64,000 nt of DNA from Callorhinchus milii (GCF_018977255.1 NW_024704742.1:95420001-95484000); one strand, 5' to 3'. Positions 1 through 15,111 are shown, numbered from the stretch's first letter. Translations and numbers: made by a program. The notes: generated by a model not told the origin, from the letters alone.

Positions 1-315
1 AATAATAATAATCCTTGCATTTGATATAGCGCTTTTCACGTCGGGAGGACGTCCCAAAGCGCTTTACAGAACACACTGTAAAGTGAATTGACTGTATATT
101 TGTGGGCGAACGAGGCAGCCAATTGCGCACAGCAGTGTCCCACAAACAGTCGTAGATTGAAAATGACCAATTTATTATTGTTTTTGGTTTTGGAGGGATT
201 ATTATTAGGCGTGTGGAGTAAGGAAACTTGCCCAAGGTTTCGCCCTGCCTGGAATTGAACTCAGGTCTCTCACTTGCAAAGCAAGTGCTCTAACCACTGA
301 GCTACAGGACTCCAC
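1..315 (-). mobile_element. tRNA-Ala-derived SINE, young short subfamily (Deu-like 3' block, L2-type tail, (ATT)n end)
   Basis: Reverse complement of the copies at 22785 and 54318: A box TAGCTCAGTGG, B box GAGTTCAATTCC, (AAT)n at the window start. Confidence 0.9.
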
Positions 316-1646
316 AAAGCTACAGGACTCCACTTCTTCCTGGTTGAATTCTAAAGATTATTGACATAACCGCATTTTCTCTATGCAAAGTCTGTTTCCT
401 TTGCATTTCATTCTTTATTACCAGTGGGATTTTNAAAAAACACGCAAATGGTAAAGCCACTGCAATTACTGGAACCTCGCTCTGAAAAAATGCCTCATGC
501 TTGTTTTCTTCAGGGGATCCTCTGTAACATTGTGTACCTGGTGCATAATCGACACCTACCTGCGCCTCATTGAATTTGTTGTCTTGCGAGTCGGTGTGTA
601 GTAGTACAGGGAATACAGAGAGCAGTTTATTTAATGGTGAAGATCACCAGGAACAAGGTACNTTTTTCAACCCATTTTAAAAAAAGTAAGAAATGTATAT
701 TACATTTGACTTTCTAAATGAATTGCATTAAATTTATTAGAAATAATTAATCCAGCCTGTTCAGATAAAATAATTTATACACTGTACAACAATTAGCAGT
801 GACATTTGTGCTCCAGTTTTCCCTTCTCTGACCAAATGCATTTTCTTCATTTGTGAGCCTGAACTGTTGGCAGGCTATTTAATTGTGAGGCCTTCACAGC
901 CAGACCCAATAGTGCCCTCACACAAAGTCCACAAAACTCAGTGTATAGTGATTACCAGTGAAAACTGTGATTGACTCTACCTCTGTTAGGTTGAGACCAG
1001 CTAGGTCAGTCCAAGATCCAAGATTGAACCTAAGACCTTCCTGATTTGTATGGTACAAAGTTCATTTTTAGCATACTGCATACAGCCATTTAAAGGAAAC
1101 GTGTTGCATGGATCAGTGCAATCTGGTGTTTAAATAGCATTCATTTTGAACAATGCTTATTCAAAAAAAATCCTTATCGCTTTTCCTTTAATGAGCACAC
1201 CATTAAAGGACATGTCAAACAAAGGGACCCCATTTAATCATGACCTTACCCATGCATTCTGCTGATGTACAGCAAAAGAAAACATTTGCAAATGATCATC
1301 TGAACTGAACATATTGTTGCTGGGTCAAGGGAGGCAGCACGTTCTCAATTATTGTTAGAAAATGGGAATTAACGTTCTACTCTGATTTATAATGCAGCTG
1401 CTCGATATCATGAGAAGAAAAGTGTTATGTATATCTTCTTTCCTGACATGCACCCTGCTTCAAAGCTGCCTTTTCATGCATCTTTATTCCATCGTTATCA
1501 ATGAGCTTTCTTGTCCACAGCAGAGGTATGCCTGAAAATACAGAGCTTATTATCGCATGAGGTTCCTGAATGTTTGAACTGGCCTAAAGCACCTCCTGAT
1601 ATGAAAGTTAGTTTCCCGAAACTTGAGAAGGAACAGATTTATTTAG

Positions 1647-1799
<153 letters not shown>

Positions 1800-2034
1800 T
1801 AATGCCTGTAAAAATACAGAATTGTTTACAAACTACCACTTGAATAATAAGAATTGGAAGATTTGAATAAGTGATTGAACATTAATATAGCCAGAGGGAA
1901 TTAGGGAGTGTGTAGCATCCAACTGGATCCATCACTGCCACATTGCCCAAGAGAGTGATGCAGTTTGACTTGATCTTTCCTTTACTATTCTCATTTTGAG
2001 AAGATTGTTAGCTAACTATTTCAATTCACCTCTT

Positions 2035-2346
2035 AATAATAATAATAATAATCCTTGCATTTGATATAGCGCTCTTCACGTCGGGAGGACGTCCCAAAGC
2101 GCTTCACAGAATACACTTAAAGTGAATTGACTGTATATTTGTGGGCAAACGCGGCAGCCAATTGGGCGCAGCAATGTCCCACAAACAGTCGTAGATTGAA
2201 AATGACCAATTTATTATTGTTTTTGGTTTTGGAGGGATTATTATTAGGTGTGTGGAGTAAGGAAACTTGCCCAAGGTTTCGCCCTGCCTGGAATTGAACT
2301 CAGGTCTCTCGCTTGCAAAGCGAGTGCTCTAACCACTGAGCTACAG
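2035..2346 (-). mobile_element. tRNA-Ala-derived SINE, young short subfamily
   Basis: Near-identical to 1-315; lacks the first few head bases. Confidence 0.9.
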
Positions 2347-5186
2347 TAGTTATATTTTCTTTACCAATATTTCATTGATGTAGATCCTACTGTAATATAA
2401 TTGTAAAGCTTGCACTTGCACTATCACCATGTAATTTGACTTAATTCAAGGGGTATCATGTTCAGTGCACAGTTGCCCTTTTTTGTCTTCTTTCAGGATT
2501 TGAAATGTTTTTCAGATAACATGAAGTAAGCCATTTTAGTAGGCAATGAGTGGGTCTTTTAACTGTCAGAAAAGAACTGAAATCCAAATAATGAATTAAC
2601 TATTTGGTTTGACAACACATTGTTTACATTCTTACACAAACTAGCCCTTTTGTTTGCAGAGCCTGACAATCCAACCACTCTCCCACACAGAATGAATTGC
2701 TGTGCCTTTGGTATCTTTAAGAACAGTTACGGTGATTTGATAAGGGATATTTCTACTCGGTTTTCATCACTTAAAGTTTGCATCTTTGCCCTGAAAGTGA
2801 TTGAGTGCTTGAGGTCTTATCACAGACAAACGGACTCTTTAAGAAAATTCAGCCCTGGTTCTTTGTGTGCAGATTTTGAGCTGCTGTGCAATTTATTGCA
2901 GTTTACATATTTTCAATCTGCAGACCTGTAATACGTAGGGATAGTTTAGCAGTTTCCTATGCTGACTGAGCAGTGATAAGGTCTTTCATTGTTAGCTATG
3001 TATCTCACTAAACACAGATTGAGCTGATGTCCATGTATTTGTATTTAGTTGTTGTTGTAACAGAGATGATGACTTTCTCAGGTCTTGGGCAAGCGTTGTA
3101 CTCCCTTTATGACCTGGTTCTAACACACACATGACTGCATTGCATGTCTTCTGAGGGAGAAGTTATAAATATTTAATGGCTGATCTCTTTTAAGATGTTG
3201 TGCTTTTCCTTAGGACTCACTCTTGCCTTGACTTATTTTACATGATTCCCTACCTCCTCCCACCCAATGATAAGCGTATAAAATGTCAGCTGCCAATCGT
3301 GCCATATTCCCATGACTGGAAACTTGTATTCTGCCAGAAATTTAGTCCTGGATACCTGCTTTGTGCTTTCACCAGATGTGTTGTAGCTTTCTCAGATGTT
3401 GAACAGTGAGCTGCTTCTGGAACTCGCCTCCTCTGGGAAAAGCTCATGAATGTTTAGCTGACCTGTATCTGTCACTGGTTGTTGATTAGAGATGCACATT
3501 ATGCTGAAGCTGCATTGATTCTGGAACACTTCTGGTAGACATTACTTTGGAGGTGAGGCTTAAGACAGGAAGGGGTTGGTGGGGGAGTGTTAAGAGAAAA
3601 CTACGGTTAGAGTCTTAAATATATAAATATATCCGTAGTTTATCACACAAAATAATATTAAATTTAAATACAATAGAATTTTACATCTCTATTGCACCTT
3701 TAATGTTGTGTGGACGTCCTGAAGCCCTTAACAGTACTGGCTATTTATGAAGTTTATTTCAAGTCATTTATTGAGGAATACATTTAGAAACCTGCTTGGC
3801 ATTAGTGTTATCATGAAAAACCATGCCTATAATATCTTTTTTTTAAATAATTGGCAACATGTTTGCAAAAACTTCAACTTCCACAATTCAATACATTATT
3901 TTTCCGATTCACAGCAATCAGAGATTCCTTTTGTTACCTTCCTGATCTGTATTGGGTCAGTGGCACATCAATCACATATAGTCACAATATATTCCTATTC
4001 ATCCACTGAGATTTTCAGGGAGCATTTTTTAATTTCTTATATTAAATTGTTTTGGACTCCCAGGTAATTTGCTTGTTTTAGCCTCCCAGTTGCTCACAAG
4101 CCTTTGCAATTTAGTCCCTTGTTTAAAATTAGCCCCTTCTATGCATTTGGAATTCAATTGAATTAAGCACCGATTTGCAAGGAACCTGAGAGTTCAAGGC
4201 GCAATATAAGTGCAAATTGTTGTTATCGTTGGATGATACAAACTAGTGAAAGGTCAAAAAAACTCACATTTCTGCCCAAAGCTCAATTCTTTCCCAGTTT
4301 GAACTAGATAGAAAAGATTCCCCTCACATAATAACAAAATTGCCTTGTATCAATTTTTTATATTATATTCTCCCTTTTTAAAAATAATTGGCCCAGACCA
4401 AAATGCCCAATCAGCTAAATACTATTTTTTTTCATAGAACCCAATAAGTTTACTGAAGCTAAGAAAATCCCAAAATTGTATCTTGTAATGCACAGAGAGC
4501 AAGCAGAATATTTGAGGCTGGGTGAAACCAAAAGGAGAACCCTGCAAAAAAAGGGAGGCCTGAACACTTGGATTAACACTTTATTGTGCCCAGGAGTAGG
4601 TCATATACTGCCACCTAACAATAGAATATGATGAGGTCCAAATGTCACAATGGGCGAATATGGCTAATGTGGTCCTCCCAGATCCAGTGTCATCCAAGGC
4701 TGGCTCACCAAGGGGTAGTCTGGAAGATACAAGACCAGTGAGAATATCTACATCTCTGCAATTAGGCTCAAGAAAATACTGGGCATGAGTTTTCTCAAAT
4801 TTTTAATACTGAGAAATATGGGGGCGATGGAGAGGGGTTCAATTTATTAAATAAGCCGAGTCCTGAGTAATTTTCATTTTAAGCACACTTTCTTTTCAAT
4901 TTTGCAAACGTGGCTGTGGTTCATCTTATTTGAGATAAATGAAAGCATGGCAGTGTTTAAAAAAAGCTAATTTTCTGCAGCATTCTTCACATTAAGTCTT
5001 CTCAGTCGAAGCTGTATTTTATCATGATATTTAATGCACACATTCTGTCCTTGAAGTTGCCCTTTTCAACTACTTAATGCACTCCATCACCTAGTCCTTT
5101 TAGAGTATCTTCTAATCTACAATAATTGTTGCAGTAACCCTAGTTCCGAACATGTTCCTTGAAAACTAAGTATTTCAGAGAATTAA

Positions 5187-5369
<183 letters not shown>

Positions 5370-7349
5370 TGATGCCACAGTGCCACTTTGACTAGGCGGC
5401 CACCAGGTGTAACTGCAGCAAAAACGCAAAACTGAAAATAACTCATGAACAATAGGAGATACTGGAAAACAAATATGCCCATGTCACTTCCAGATGCAAG
5501 ACCTTTCCAATGAGGTATAATTCATGTCTCGTCGGCAATTGGTTATTGAGATCCTTCTTGAAGCGCAGACAGACATTGTTGATTTATTAGTATAGATAAT
5601 CCTTGCATTTGATATAGCACCTTATCACGTCATCAAAGCATCTCAAAGCGGTTCACAGAATATACCATAAAGTGGTGTATACCTTGTATATTTTGTATGA
5701 GCAATTACAATTTACATATACTTTATTTTGCATTGTTGTATGTTTCTGTGACATCTGTTTCCACCTGCTTCCTGGTAAACACTGTTTCCTAGTGTTGTGG
5801 TCGTATTTCTATAATACTATGTTATAAGCACACATGATTATAAATGTTTAGTCCTCCTATTTAAACGTAATGCACTGCTCATGACAGACCAACGATTCTG
5901 GTTCATCAGCAGGACCTGGAGAGGAAGGGATTTTTCCCATTTGGCTTCCTGTTAATCCTGCAAGCCAAAACCCTAATGAGAAGTGTGGTACTAGCTGGAT
6001 AAACAACAGGGCATTTGCCAGACAATGCTCTCAATGGCAAGCTATGTAATTTTAGCTGGTCTAATTCCAACAGTACCTCAATGCATACACTGGGGTCCCT
6101 AAGCCTTGGCTCTTGCTAACCTGTACCTAATGTTTTCTGTAATTAAGTAAGCAGGGTGCAAGGCAAGGTTCCATGCATACGTGAAACTCTCCTCATTTCG
6201 GACTTGTTTACACAACAGAAGATTGCTTTCTTACAATTGTTTTATTTCATGTGTAAATGCCAGCTGCACCACAAAGAAAAATATTCACAACAGAAGAGAC
6301 TGGAATGTGAAAAGCAGGTCGATCAATAGCTAAAAGAGAAAGCTGGGTCAACATTTTGGGTGTGACACTGAATCTAGTTCTGAGGAATAGTCAAAGTCAA
6401 AACGTTAACCTATACTCATCTAAATGATCGACCTGCAATGCATGTCCATTTCCTGTTCTTATCTCAGATTTCCATCATTTGTTTCTTTATTTTGAGCTTG
6501 ACTATCGATCTGAAACTGCTTTCATTTCATGAGGCATGTAAATGAACACCTTAGTGCGTATACACATTTGTAAAGAGTACCCATATGTGCGGGTCGGAAA
6601 TAGCATGCTCACCTTAAAAATTGCACTCTGTGAAACTCTAGTGGGACAAAAATAGGAAGAAATAATTTCACAATAGACTAATTAAAGGAAGTTGAGAATG
6701 GGCATGCACTCTGAATGAAATCCTAGCAGTATGAAGCTTTAGGATATTGGACATTAACCAGGGGCAATGATGACTGTAGAGTGGGGTGATCACATGGATT
6801 ACGGTAAGGAGATTGCATTAGAGAAGGCTATTATGCCACATAACTTTTGAATGGACCCTCAGAGTATAATGGAAGGGATCCCAGCTGGCAAACAAAGTGT
6901 GGTTGACCGTAGAAATTTTCAAGTACCAGATCATTTATTTTCAGCTGCACAATACAAATCACTTCAGCAATTAACAGAGTTGTTTTGCTGAAAGTTAATG
7001 TATTGTGAAGCTTTCTGCATATGTGTCAAAGAGGTCTGCAATAGTCTGAATAACATTAGGTGTGAATACAGTAGAGCCCCATTTTAATGCATTTTATTAT
7101 AAGGCAGGTTCAGTTAAAGCACGGATGGAGTCTGGATCCAATTCACTTGCATGTACAGCTATTGTTTTACTGGGGAAGTGCTTTCACCAGCTGCACAGGC
7201 CGTTACAGTCTCATTATAAGGCTTTTATGGACTTCACTACCACCTTATAATGGCACTCCATCACACATATTTGGATCCATACTCCCATTAAACGCTTTGA
7301 TTTATGAAAATACATCCATCGTGCTGATATGAATTAATTGGAACACTAG

Positions 7350-7713
<364 letters not shown>

Positions 7714-7720
7714 GTCCTCA

Positions 7721-9955
7721 TACTCATTCATATATTCCCACAAAAGGGAAATGTGCGAGAACCAAGCCTGCTTGGATGACCAGGGATATTCTGTCTAGGA
7801 TGAAAAAGAAGAAAATGGCGTACGACAATTGGCGGATGCAAGACACTGAGGATAGCAAAGCGCATTATAGAGAATGCAGGAGTGATCTTAAAAGAGCGAT
7901 AAGACAGGCTAAAAGATCGCATGAGAAGAGGTTAGCGGGTAACATAAAGGGGAATCCTAAAATATTTTATAAGTACATAAAGGAAAAAAGGTTAGTTAAA
8001 GGTAGGGTGGGGCCAATCAAAGACAATGATGGCAATCTTGTTGTGGAGCAGAGGGTGGTAGTTAATGGGTGTTTCTCGCAATGGAAGGAGGTGTGCAGCG
8101 GTGTCCCCCAGGGATCGGTATTGGGACCACTGCTCTTTCTAATATATATTAATGATCTGGATTTGGGCATAGGGAGCACTATTTCCAAGTTTGCAGATGA
8201 TACCAAGGGCATGGCTGATGTACTAAACGAGTACTTTGCATCTGTCTTCACAACGGAAACGGATGCCCCAAATGCCACAGTATTGGATGACAGTGTAGAG
8301 GACATAGATCAGATTACTACAGACAGAGAAGAAGTTCTGAAAAGATTGACTGGGCTCAAAATTGATAAGTCACCAGGACCAGATGGGTTTCACCCAAGGT
8401 TGCTGTGGGAGATACGGGTTCAAATAGCGGAGGCTTTGGCCATTATATTTCAATCGTCATTGGATACAGGAGTGGTGCCAAGAGACTGGAGAGTAACTAA
8501 TGTTACCCCACTCTACAAAAAGAGGCAGAAAGACAAGCCCGGAAATTACAGGCCAGTCAGCCTAACTTCGGTAATAGGAAAGCTACTGGAGACCGTAATC
8601 CGGGACAAAATAAATCTCTACTTAGAGGAACACAAGATAATTAGAGACAGCCAACATGGATTTGTTAAAGGCAAATCTTGCCTAACAAATCTAATAGAAT
8701 TTTTTGAAGAGGTGACTGCGAGGGTTGATGAGGGAAATGCGGTGGACATTATTTACATGGATTTTAAAAAGGCTTTTGACACAGTACCGCATAAGAGGTT
8801 AATAAAAAACTGGAGGCCCACGGTATTAAGGGGACAGTAGCCGTTTGGATTAGGAACTGGCTGAGTGACAGAATGCAGAGGGTGGTGGTTAATGGGTGTT
8901 TCTCGCAATGGAAGGAGGTGTGCAGCGGTGTCCCCCAGGGATCGGTATTGGGACCACTGCTCTTTCTAATATATATTAATGATCTGGACTTGGGCATAGG
9001 GAGCACTATTTCCAAGTTTGCAGATGATACCAAGTTAGGTAGGGTAGTAAATAGTGAAGAAGATTGTGACGGACTGCAGGCAGACATACACAGAATGGTG
9101 GAATGGGCTGACATGTGGCAGATGGATTTCAATGTAGATAAGTGCGAGGTGATACACTTAGGTAGGAAAAATGATAGGAGGCAATATAGGCTTGGTAGCT
9201 CAATCTTAAGGGGGGTGAACGTACAGAGAGATCTGGGCGGTCAAGTAAGCGATTCATTGAAGGTAGCAGAGCAGGTAGATAGGGCAGTAAAAAGCGCATT
9301 TGGTGTACTGAGCTTCATTAGTAGGGGCATAGAGTATAAGAGTAGGGAAGTTATGCTTAATCTGTACAAAACACTGGTTAGGCCTCAGCTGGAGTACTGC
9401 GTCCAGTTCTGGGCACCTTACCTCAGGAAGGATATTAAGGCACTGGAAAGGGTGCAGAGGAGATTCACGAGAATGATACCAGGAATGGGGAAGCTTAGCT
9501 ATGAGGACAGGCTGGAAAAGTTAGGACTTTTCCCATTAGAGCAGAGAAGGTTACGCGGGGACCTGATAGAGGTCTTCAAGATCATGAAAGGTTTCGACAG
9601 GCTAGATAGGGAAAAGCTGTTTCCGCTGGTAGGTGTGTCTGTGACTCGTGGTCACAGTCTTAAGATATCTACCAAAAGAAGCAGAGGGGAGGTTAGAAGA
9701 AATGTTTTCACTCAGCGAGTTGCTAGAATTTGGAATGATCTGCCCGAAAGGGCAGTGAAGTCCGATTCGATAACAGCTTTTAAGAGCGAACTGGATAGGT
9801 GTCTGGAGAAGACAAGTTTTCAGGGTTATGGGGAGAAAGCTGGTGAGTGGGGTTAATAAAAGTCAGTTGCTCTGTCAAAGAGCCGGCACAGATTCGATGG
9901 GCCGAATGGCCTCCTTCTGTGCCGTAACATTCTATGATTCTATGATTCTATGATT
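7721..9955 (+). mobile_element. Young 5'-truncated CR1-clade LINE (ORF2 linker + RT + 3' UTR)
   Basis: ORF2 motifs [56 protein letters not shown]. 3' UTR with GGGCCGAATGGCC and an (ATTCTATG)3 tail at 9929-9952. Only one frameshift (A-run 8804-8809); candidate TSD GTCCTCA at 7714-7720 and 9959-9965. Confidence 0.95.
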
Positions 9956-11049
9956 TTAGTCCTCACGCATCACTGTACCTTGCAAAATTAGCTGCTTATC
10001 CTGTTATTATCTGAAAGCGTTAAACCGCTAAAGTATCCATTGCTGTTGTTGGTAGTCTGGCCCATGTATCCAGTACACCGTGGGTGTGGGGGCAAGAGGA
10101 GAATCTCCACAATCCCATGTATGGCTAGAAATTTGTTAATTTTAAACCCAAGTCTGCTAATTCTGGCCTCACATTCCAGTTAATTAGACTGAAAACATAG
10201 CGCCTCTGGATTAATAGCAATCCAAACTGGCCCAGAAAGGAAAAATAATACTATGTTGTGATCTGTAATTACATATAACATAATGAATATGGAAATTACA
10301 CATTTTATTTAGTACAGTCACTGTGGTCATACCAGTAGCGCAGTGCCACAGCTGATGTGTCTGCTCAAGGTGGTGATAANTTTTTTTTATTTGTGAGGAG
10401 AGAAGTGTACAGAGCAGTGAACAGTCTCGACAACAACATGGCTTGAGATTCGAGTAATACAGTGGTTGAATTGTTGAAGGGGCACAGAGATATTCTGCCA
10501 CAATGTTATCTTATTTTGAAGCTGTGTTGTTCTTGAGCCTGTCAATTAAAGTAGTGCGTACAATTCTTTTACATCACTGGGGAGGAGAATCTGCCCCAAA
10601 AATAACACAAATAACACTACTGATTTACTAAAGTAACCAGAACACAAAAGACATAAACTTGTTAACTATTCCTAAGGGATATATTTGGGGAGCTGGTGGT
10701 GAATAAGATCAAAGTGTGAGAAAACCAACTCTCATGTTATAGTAACGGCAAATAAAACATTTTACACGGATTGTTAATGGACAAGTATTTGGACCATCAG
10801 TCACTGTAAAAAAATATGTTTTTTGATTACAAGGCAGTGTTTGATAGGGGTCACAGACAATTCTTTGTCCATATACGTGGCCACCAACAAGGATTATCAG
10901 GAATATGCATGCTGAGTCTGGATTAGAGTAGAACAAGCAGATTTGTATGCATCCCATCACACCTGCTGTTCAGCATTTCATTTACTAAATTGTTATCAAG
11001 GCATTATTACAGAAGCGAGGGAGAAGCAGCTGGCAGCCTGGTTGGGGGT

Positions 11050-11700
11050 TGTCTGATCTGGATGTTGCCAATGACATTGTGTTGGTTTTAAAAAAAAAGA
11101 TTGCGAAACGCTACAGAAAGCTCAATCCAATCATAAATAAATGAACCAAAACATAGAACTGGTGTTTAACAATAGGAAATAAACCCAAGTAAATGAAAAA
11201 GTAGGTGACAGCTGAAATCCACATTAGTACTGGCAGAGAAGCACTGATAAAGGTAGAGGGAATTCACTTACCTTGCTTTCAGTGAAATAACAGAAAGGAC
11301 AAGGCCAAGAAAGGAACTGACAAGGTATTTGATATACTAAGGAACATCTGAGGACAGAAGAGCCATTTCTGCCCAAGATCTAAATTATAGTCATTCTTGG
11401 CACGTTACTCTCTAAATCTAAGCGTTGGGCTCTGATTGAAGAGGAATAGATGCATTTCTGCGAGGGCTTCAGAATAACAAGAAAGGATCACAGAAGTTAA
11501 GCTAAGAACTTAGAGTCATCCATGTGCGGCTGATTAAACAAGGTTGAAATGAATCACTGATGACGAGGCTGATGCTTCGGCAATTGCCTGTGGGTTTCTT
11601 AACAAGAAAGAGAAAACAAGGGAAAACGATGGAGAACCTGGATTGACAGTCAATTAAACCCAAAGATTAATTGAAAATGGCTTGTTTCCAGCACTGGAGG
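11050..11700 (+). mobile_element. Decayed RTE-like LINE RT/3' remnant
   Basis: GATCTGGATGTTGCCAATGACATT (DLD.A.DI, cf. DLDFADD) and GTAGAGG.AATTCACTTACCTTG (VE.FTYL), plus later G.R..G..R..W-like remnants. Confidence 0.5.
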
Positions 11701-12358
11701 AAATGGAGTATAAAATGCTTAGGTTATTAAATGATTAAGTATTAAAACCTATTTCTAAAAAAAGGGCCATTTGAATATATGGATGAGGATGAGATTGAGT
11801 GCTAGGAGAGATAGAAATAGAGATGCAATGATGTTGGAGCCATTGGAATCATTAAAATGTCACAAGTAGAATGGCAGCTAGACCAGAATGTCTACTGTGG
11901 GTTGGAACGCATAGTTTTGCCTCCTTTACTTTTTGGATGAGGGTAGAGAAAGGTAGAAATTTTAGAGAATATTTTTTAGGTAGATTGAAAAGGGTGGAGT
12001 ATAATCCATGATGAGCGTATCATTCGTGGTCTTGCTGAGGCAAGTGGCCTTTTCTTATTCCATGCTTTGTTATTTGAGGTATTAAGACAGAGCTGATATG
12101 TTTTATATTGAAAATAAAACATTAGAACAAATGAATGTATGGAAAAAATCAGAAAACACCATTGCGATCCATGTAAAAATACTGAATATACTTTAGCTGT
12201 CTTGATCTCTTGCTCAAAATTGGATCTTGTTTTAAAAAGCTAATTTGTAGTTACAGCAAAGCCTTCAGTTCTCTAATATTGCGTCACATGACATTCCGTA
12301 ATTTGGCCAAATGATTCACGTGGATATTTTTAAAAGTGTTCTGCTGCCTGAATGATAA

Positions 12359-12544
<186 letters not shown>

Positions 12545-14094
12545 TGACCTGCAAATCAAACTGAGGTGACATTTTTACTGTGGATTATTGTAGTTTATGA
12601 TTATTATATTTAGAGCATTGTCTGTGTAGCCAGGCACAAGAACTGAAAGATAAGGAACAATAATCCTAACATTTGATATAGTGACTTTCACGTCAGGAGG
12701 ACATCTCAAAGCACTTCACAGGATATACTGTAAATGTAGTGACTTTATGCGTGATTGCGGCAGCCAATTGCACACAACAATGTAGTGAATATTCGCGGGG
12801 GTTTTACTTAGTTTCCTTTAGGGATTGTCCTTTAGGAGCTTTTCTTCTAAGACAATGAAGTAGAGTGGGATTCTAGGTTGCATTTTGTGTCGTCTGTTGA
12901 AAGATTGCACTTTGTGAGAGAATAGGCTTTCTTTGTTCCAAGCATTTCTTTTGTAATCCTCTAAAATCATATGCTATCTCAGATCAAATATTGCTGAAAT
13001 ATTTCCTCAGTGTATTTACACAGATTTATCTCTGGTAAGGCTGTTTCGGGCTTTATTGATAAATGTTTTCCACATTTTTGTAATGTTTTTGATGGTGCAC
13101 TTAAACAGATTGACTCATTACGTCAGTGATAGTAACAGCAGTAGTCATCACATAGATGTGATTGTAATCCAAAAATTACAATTCCCTTTGTTAGACTGAG
13201 GGTTTTATAATGCATATGAGGTTTTGAAATGACAGATCTCTCCCTGATGCCATAAAACAACTTGTCACTAACCTTCTAGCAGTGACAATGCATTTTATAT
13301 TTGCAATAAACAATAGACCTAGTTGTCAGTGGGAGAGCATTGATAAACAATTCCCTAATATGAAGAAAGAACAACAAGTTTCATTTATAGCAAATATTTC
13401 AAGCACATAAAAGGTCAGATTGATTAATAGTTTAAAATAAAATGAGTGTTGAAGGTTAGTATTTCCCAGTTATTCAGTGTGTTCCAGGGATCTGCATCAC
13501 AAACAATAGCAAGGCATATGACCTGTAGTGTAAGTGAGTGTGTGTAGTGCGCCTGTACATATTGGATAAATATTTCTGAGCATGTTGAAATGCTGTGATC
13601 TACAGAAAAGAAAGGTCAGTTTCTGCAATAGGTTTATAAAAATTCCAATTTCTGGGCCAAAGCAGTTCTATACATTTTCATGAACAGTGATTCTGTAAAT
13701 ACCATAAAATACCATACCTTCAAAATGCACAGCCACAACACTTTACAGTATATCCTGCGAAGCACTTTTAGACGACCACCTGATGTGAAAGGTGCTATAT
13801 CATATGTAAGGATTATTATTTTATAGTTATTGCTCAAACTACAGGAAGAGCTTGGTTATACAATAGCAACCCTGATGAATTTAAATAACTGCTAAACATT
13901 TTAAATTTAAGAAAAACTTGCTTTATTCCAATCACTGGTGATGTTGATTTATTACACTTCTGAATGGTAACTATTATCCTCTCCGATTTCTCTTATTTAC
14001 CCATTATTTCTCAGAGGGAAGATAAATTGTTGCCTCAGTTGAGCTTGTATTGTTAATTACAGTAACATCCCCATTTGTAGTGATTGTTTTTTAT

Positions 14095-14395
14095 GGACGA
14101 ATATAGCAAGTTCTGCACAGCAATGTGCCACAAAGTGAATGACCAATTTTATTGGGGATTGTTGGCCAGGACACCGGGAAAATCTCCTTTCTCTTCTTTG
14201 AATAGTGCCATGAGATCTCAAACGTCTGCCTAAATAAGCAGATGGGATATCATCTGAAGGACAGGATTTCCAACAATGCAGCCTATGCCAGTACTCTATT
14301 TGACTGTCAGCTTAGACTATATGAGTTCCAAGTGCTTGAACCCACAACCTTCTGACTTGGATGTGACAGTGCTACCAACTGAGCCAGGATGACAC
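14095..14395 (-). mobile_element. Older Deu-domain SINE (SacSINE1/AmnSINE-like). Further copies at about 19274-19568(+), 33340-33575(-), 36955-37200(+), 48990-49370(-), 52320-52715(-), 55569-55833(+), 58783-59133(+), 62320-62600(-)
   Basis: Head GGCTCAGTTGGTAGCACT...GAGTCAGAAGGTTGTGGGTTCAAG and Deu blocks GATGAGA.GTTAAAC.GAGG.CC...GA.GTTAAAGATCC.ATGGCACTATT; diverged. Confidence 0.75.
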
Positions 14396-14493
14396 ACAAA
14401 TATGCAACATTTCCCCCACTGCATCTCATTTTCCAAAGAGGACTTTGAGACGTTCTCCATACATGGTGTTATATAAGTGAAATTTGTTGTTGA

Positions 14494-14616
<123 letters not shown>

Positions 14617-14875
14617 TAAGGTTTTCCTCCATAGGCTGCAGATCATCCAGAACTCTGCAGCCCGCACCAGGCTCCGTGACCCTAACACCACCATCCTCAC
14701 CCGACTCCGCTGGCTTCCCATTTCACAGAGGATACAGTTCAAGATCTTGGTGGTCCTCACCTTCAAGGCCCTCCACGGTCTTGCTCCCACAACCTCTGCG
14801 ACCTCCTAACCCCCTACTAACCTGCCCACTCCCTCCGCTCAGTGGGCTCCAGCCAGCTTCACGTCCCCCAGCCCA

Positions 14876-14952
14876 ATGTATACATATACAATGTGTGTGT
14901 GTGCATGTATATATATGTATATATATGTGTGTGTGTGTATGTTTGTATATAT
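14876..14952. repeat. Compound (TG)n/(TA)n microsatellite, after an L2 fragment at ~14625-14872
   Basis: Alternating purine-pyrimidine runs seen directly. Confidence 0.9.
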
Positions 14953-15047
14953 TAAATACTTTTTGCATTAAATGGCAGCAGGAGACTTATTCCTCTTTGG
15001 ATTATCTTTATAATATTATAAATGTTTCTCCATTTTATTTATTCCAG

Positions 15048-15111
15048 GCCTGATGTCACCAAACTGAAATTTGATGGGAAAACATTCTATGTCCATGGTA
15101 TTCAGAAAGAG
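15048..15111 (+). CDS. FRMD3: FRMD3 coding exon: PDVTKLKFDGKTFYVHGIQKE
   Basis: attccAG acceptor and GTGAGA donor; 64 nt; KLKF.GKTFYV motif. Confidence 0.96.

Noticed and set aside
514..657. Exon-like segment (ttttcttcAG ... AAG|GTAC)
   Set aside because: Stops occur in all three frames and there is no similarity to the expected upstream FRMD3 exon (HWL...K).
1521..1525. Possible 5-nt micro-exon cacag|CAGAG|gtatg
   Set aside because: It would shift the frame; no support beyond splice-like dinucleotides.
2620..4067. Short intronic ORFs in the track (e.g. 2620-2931, 3747-4067) and Pro/Ser- or Gly/Glu-rich ORFs overlapping L2 copies
   Set aside because: No splice or homology support; the latter are off-frame or antisense readings of L2.
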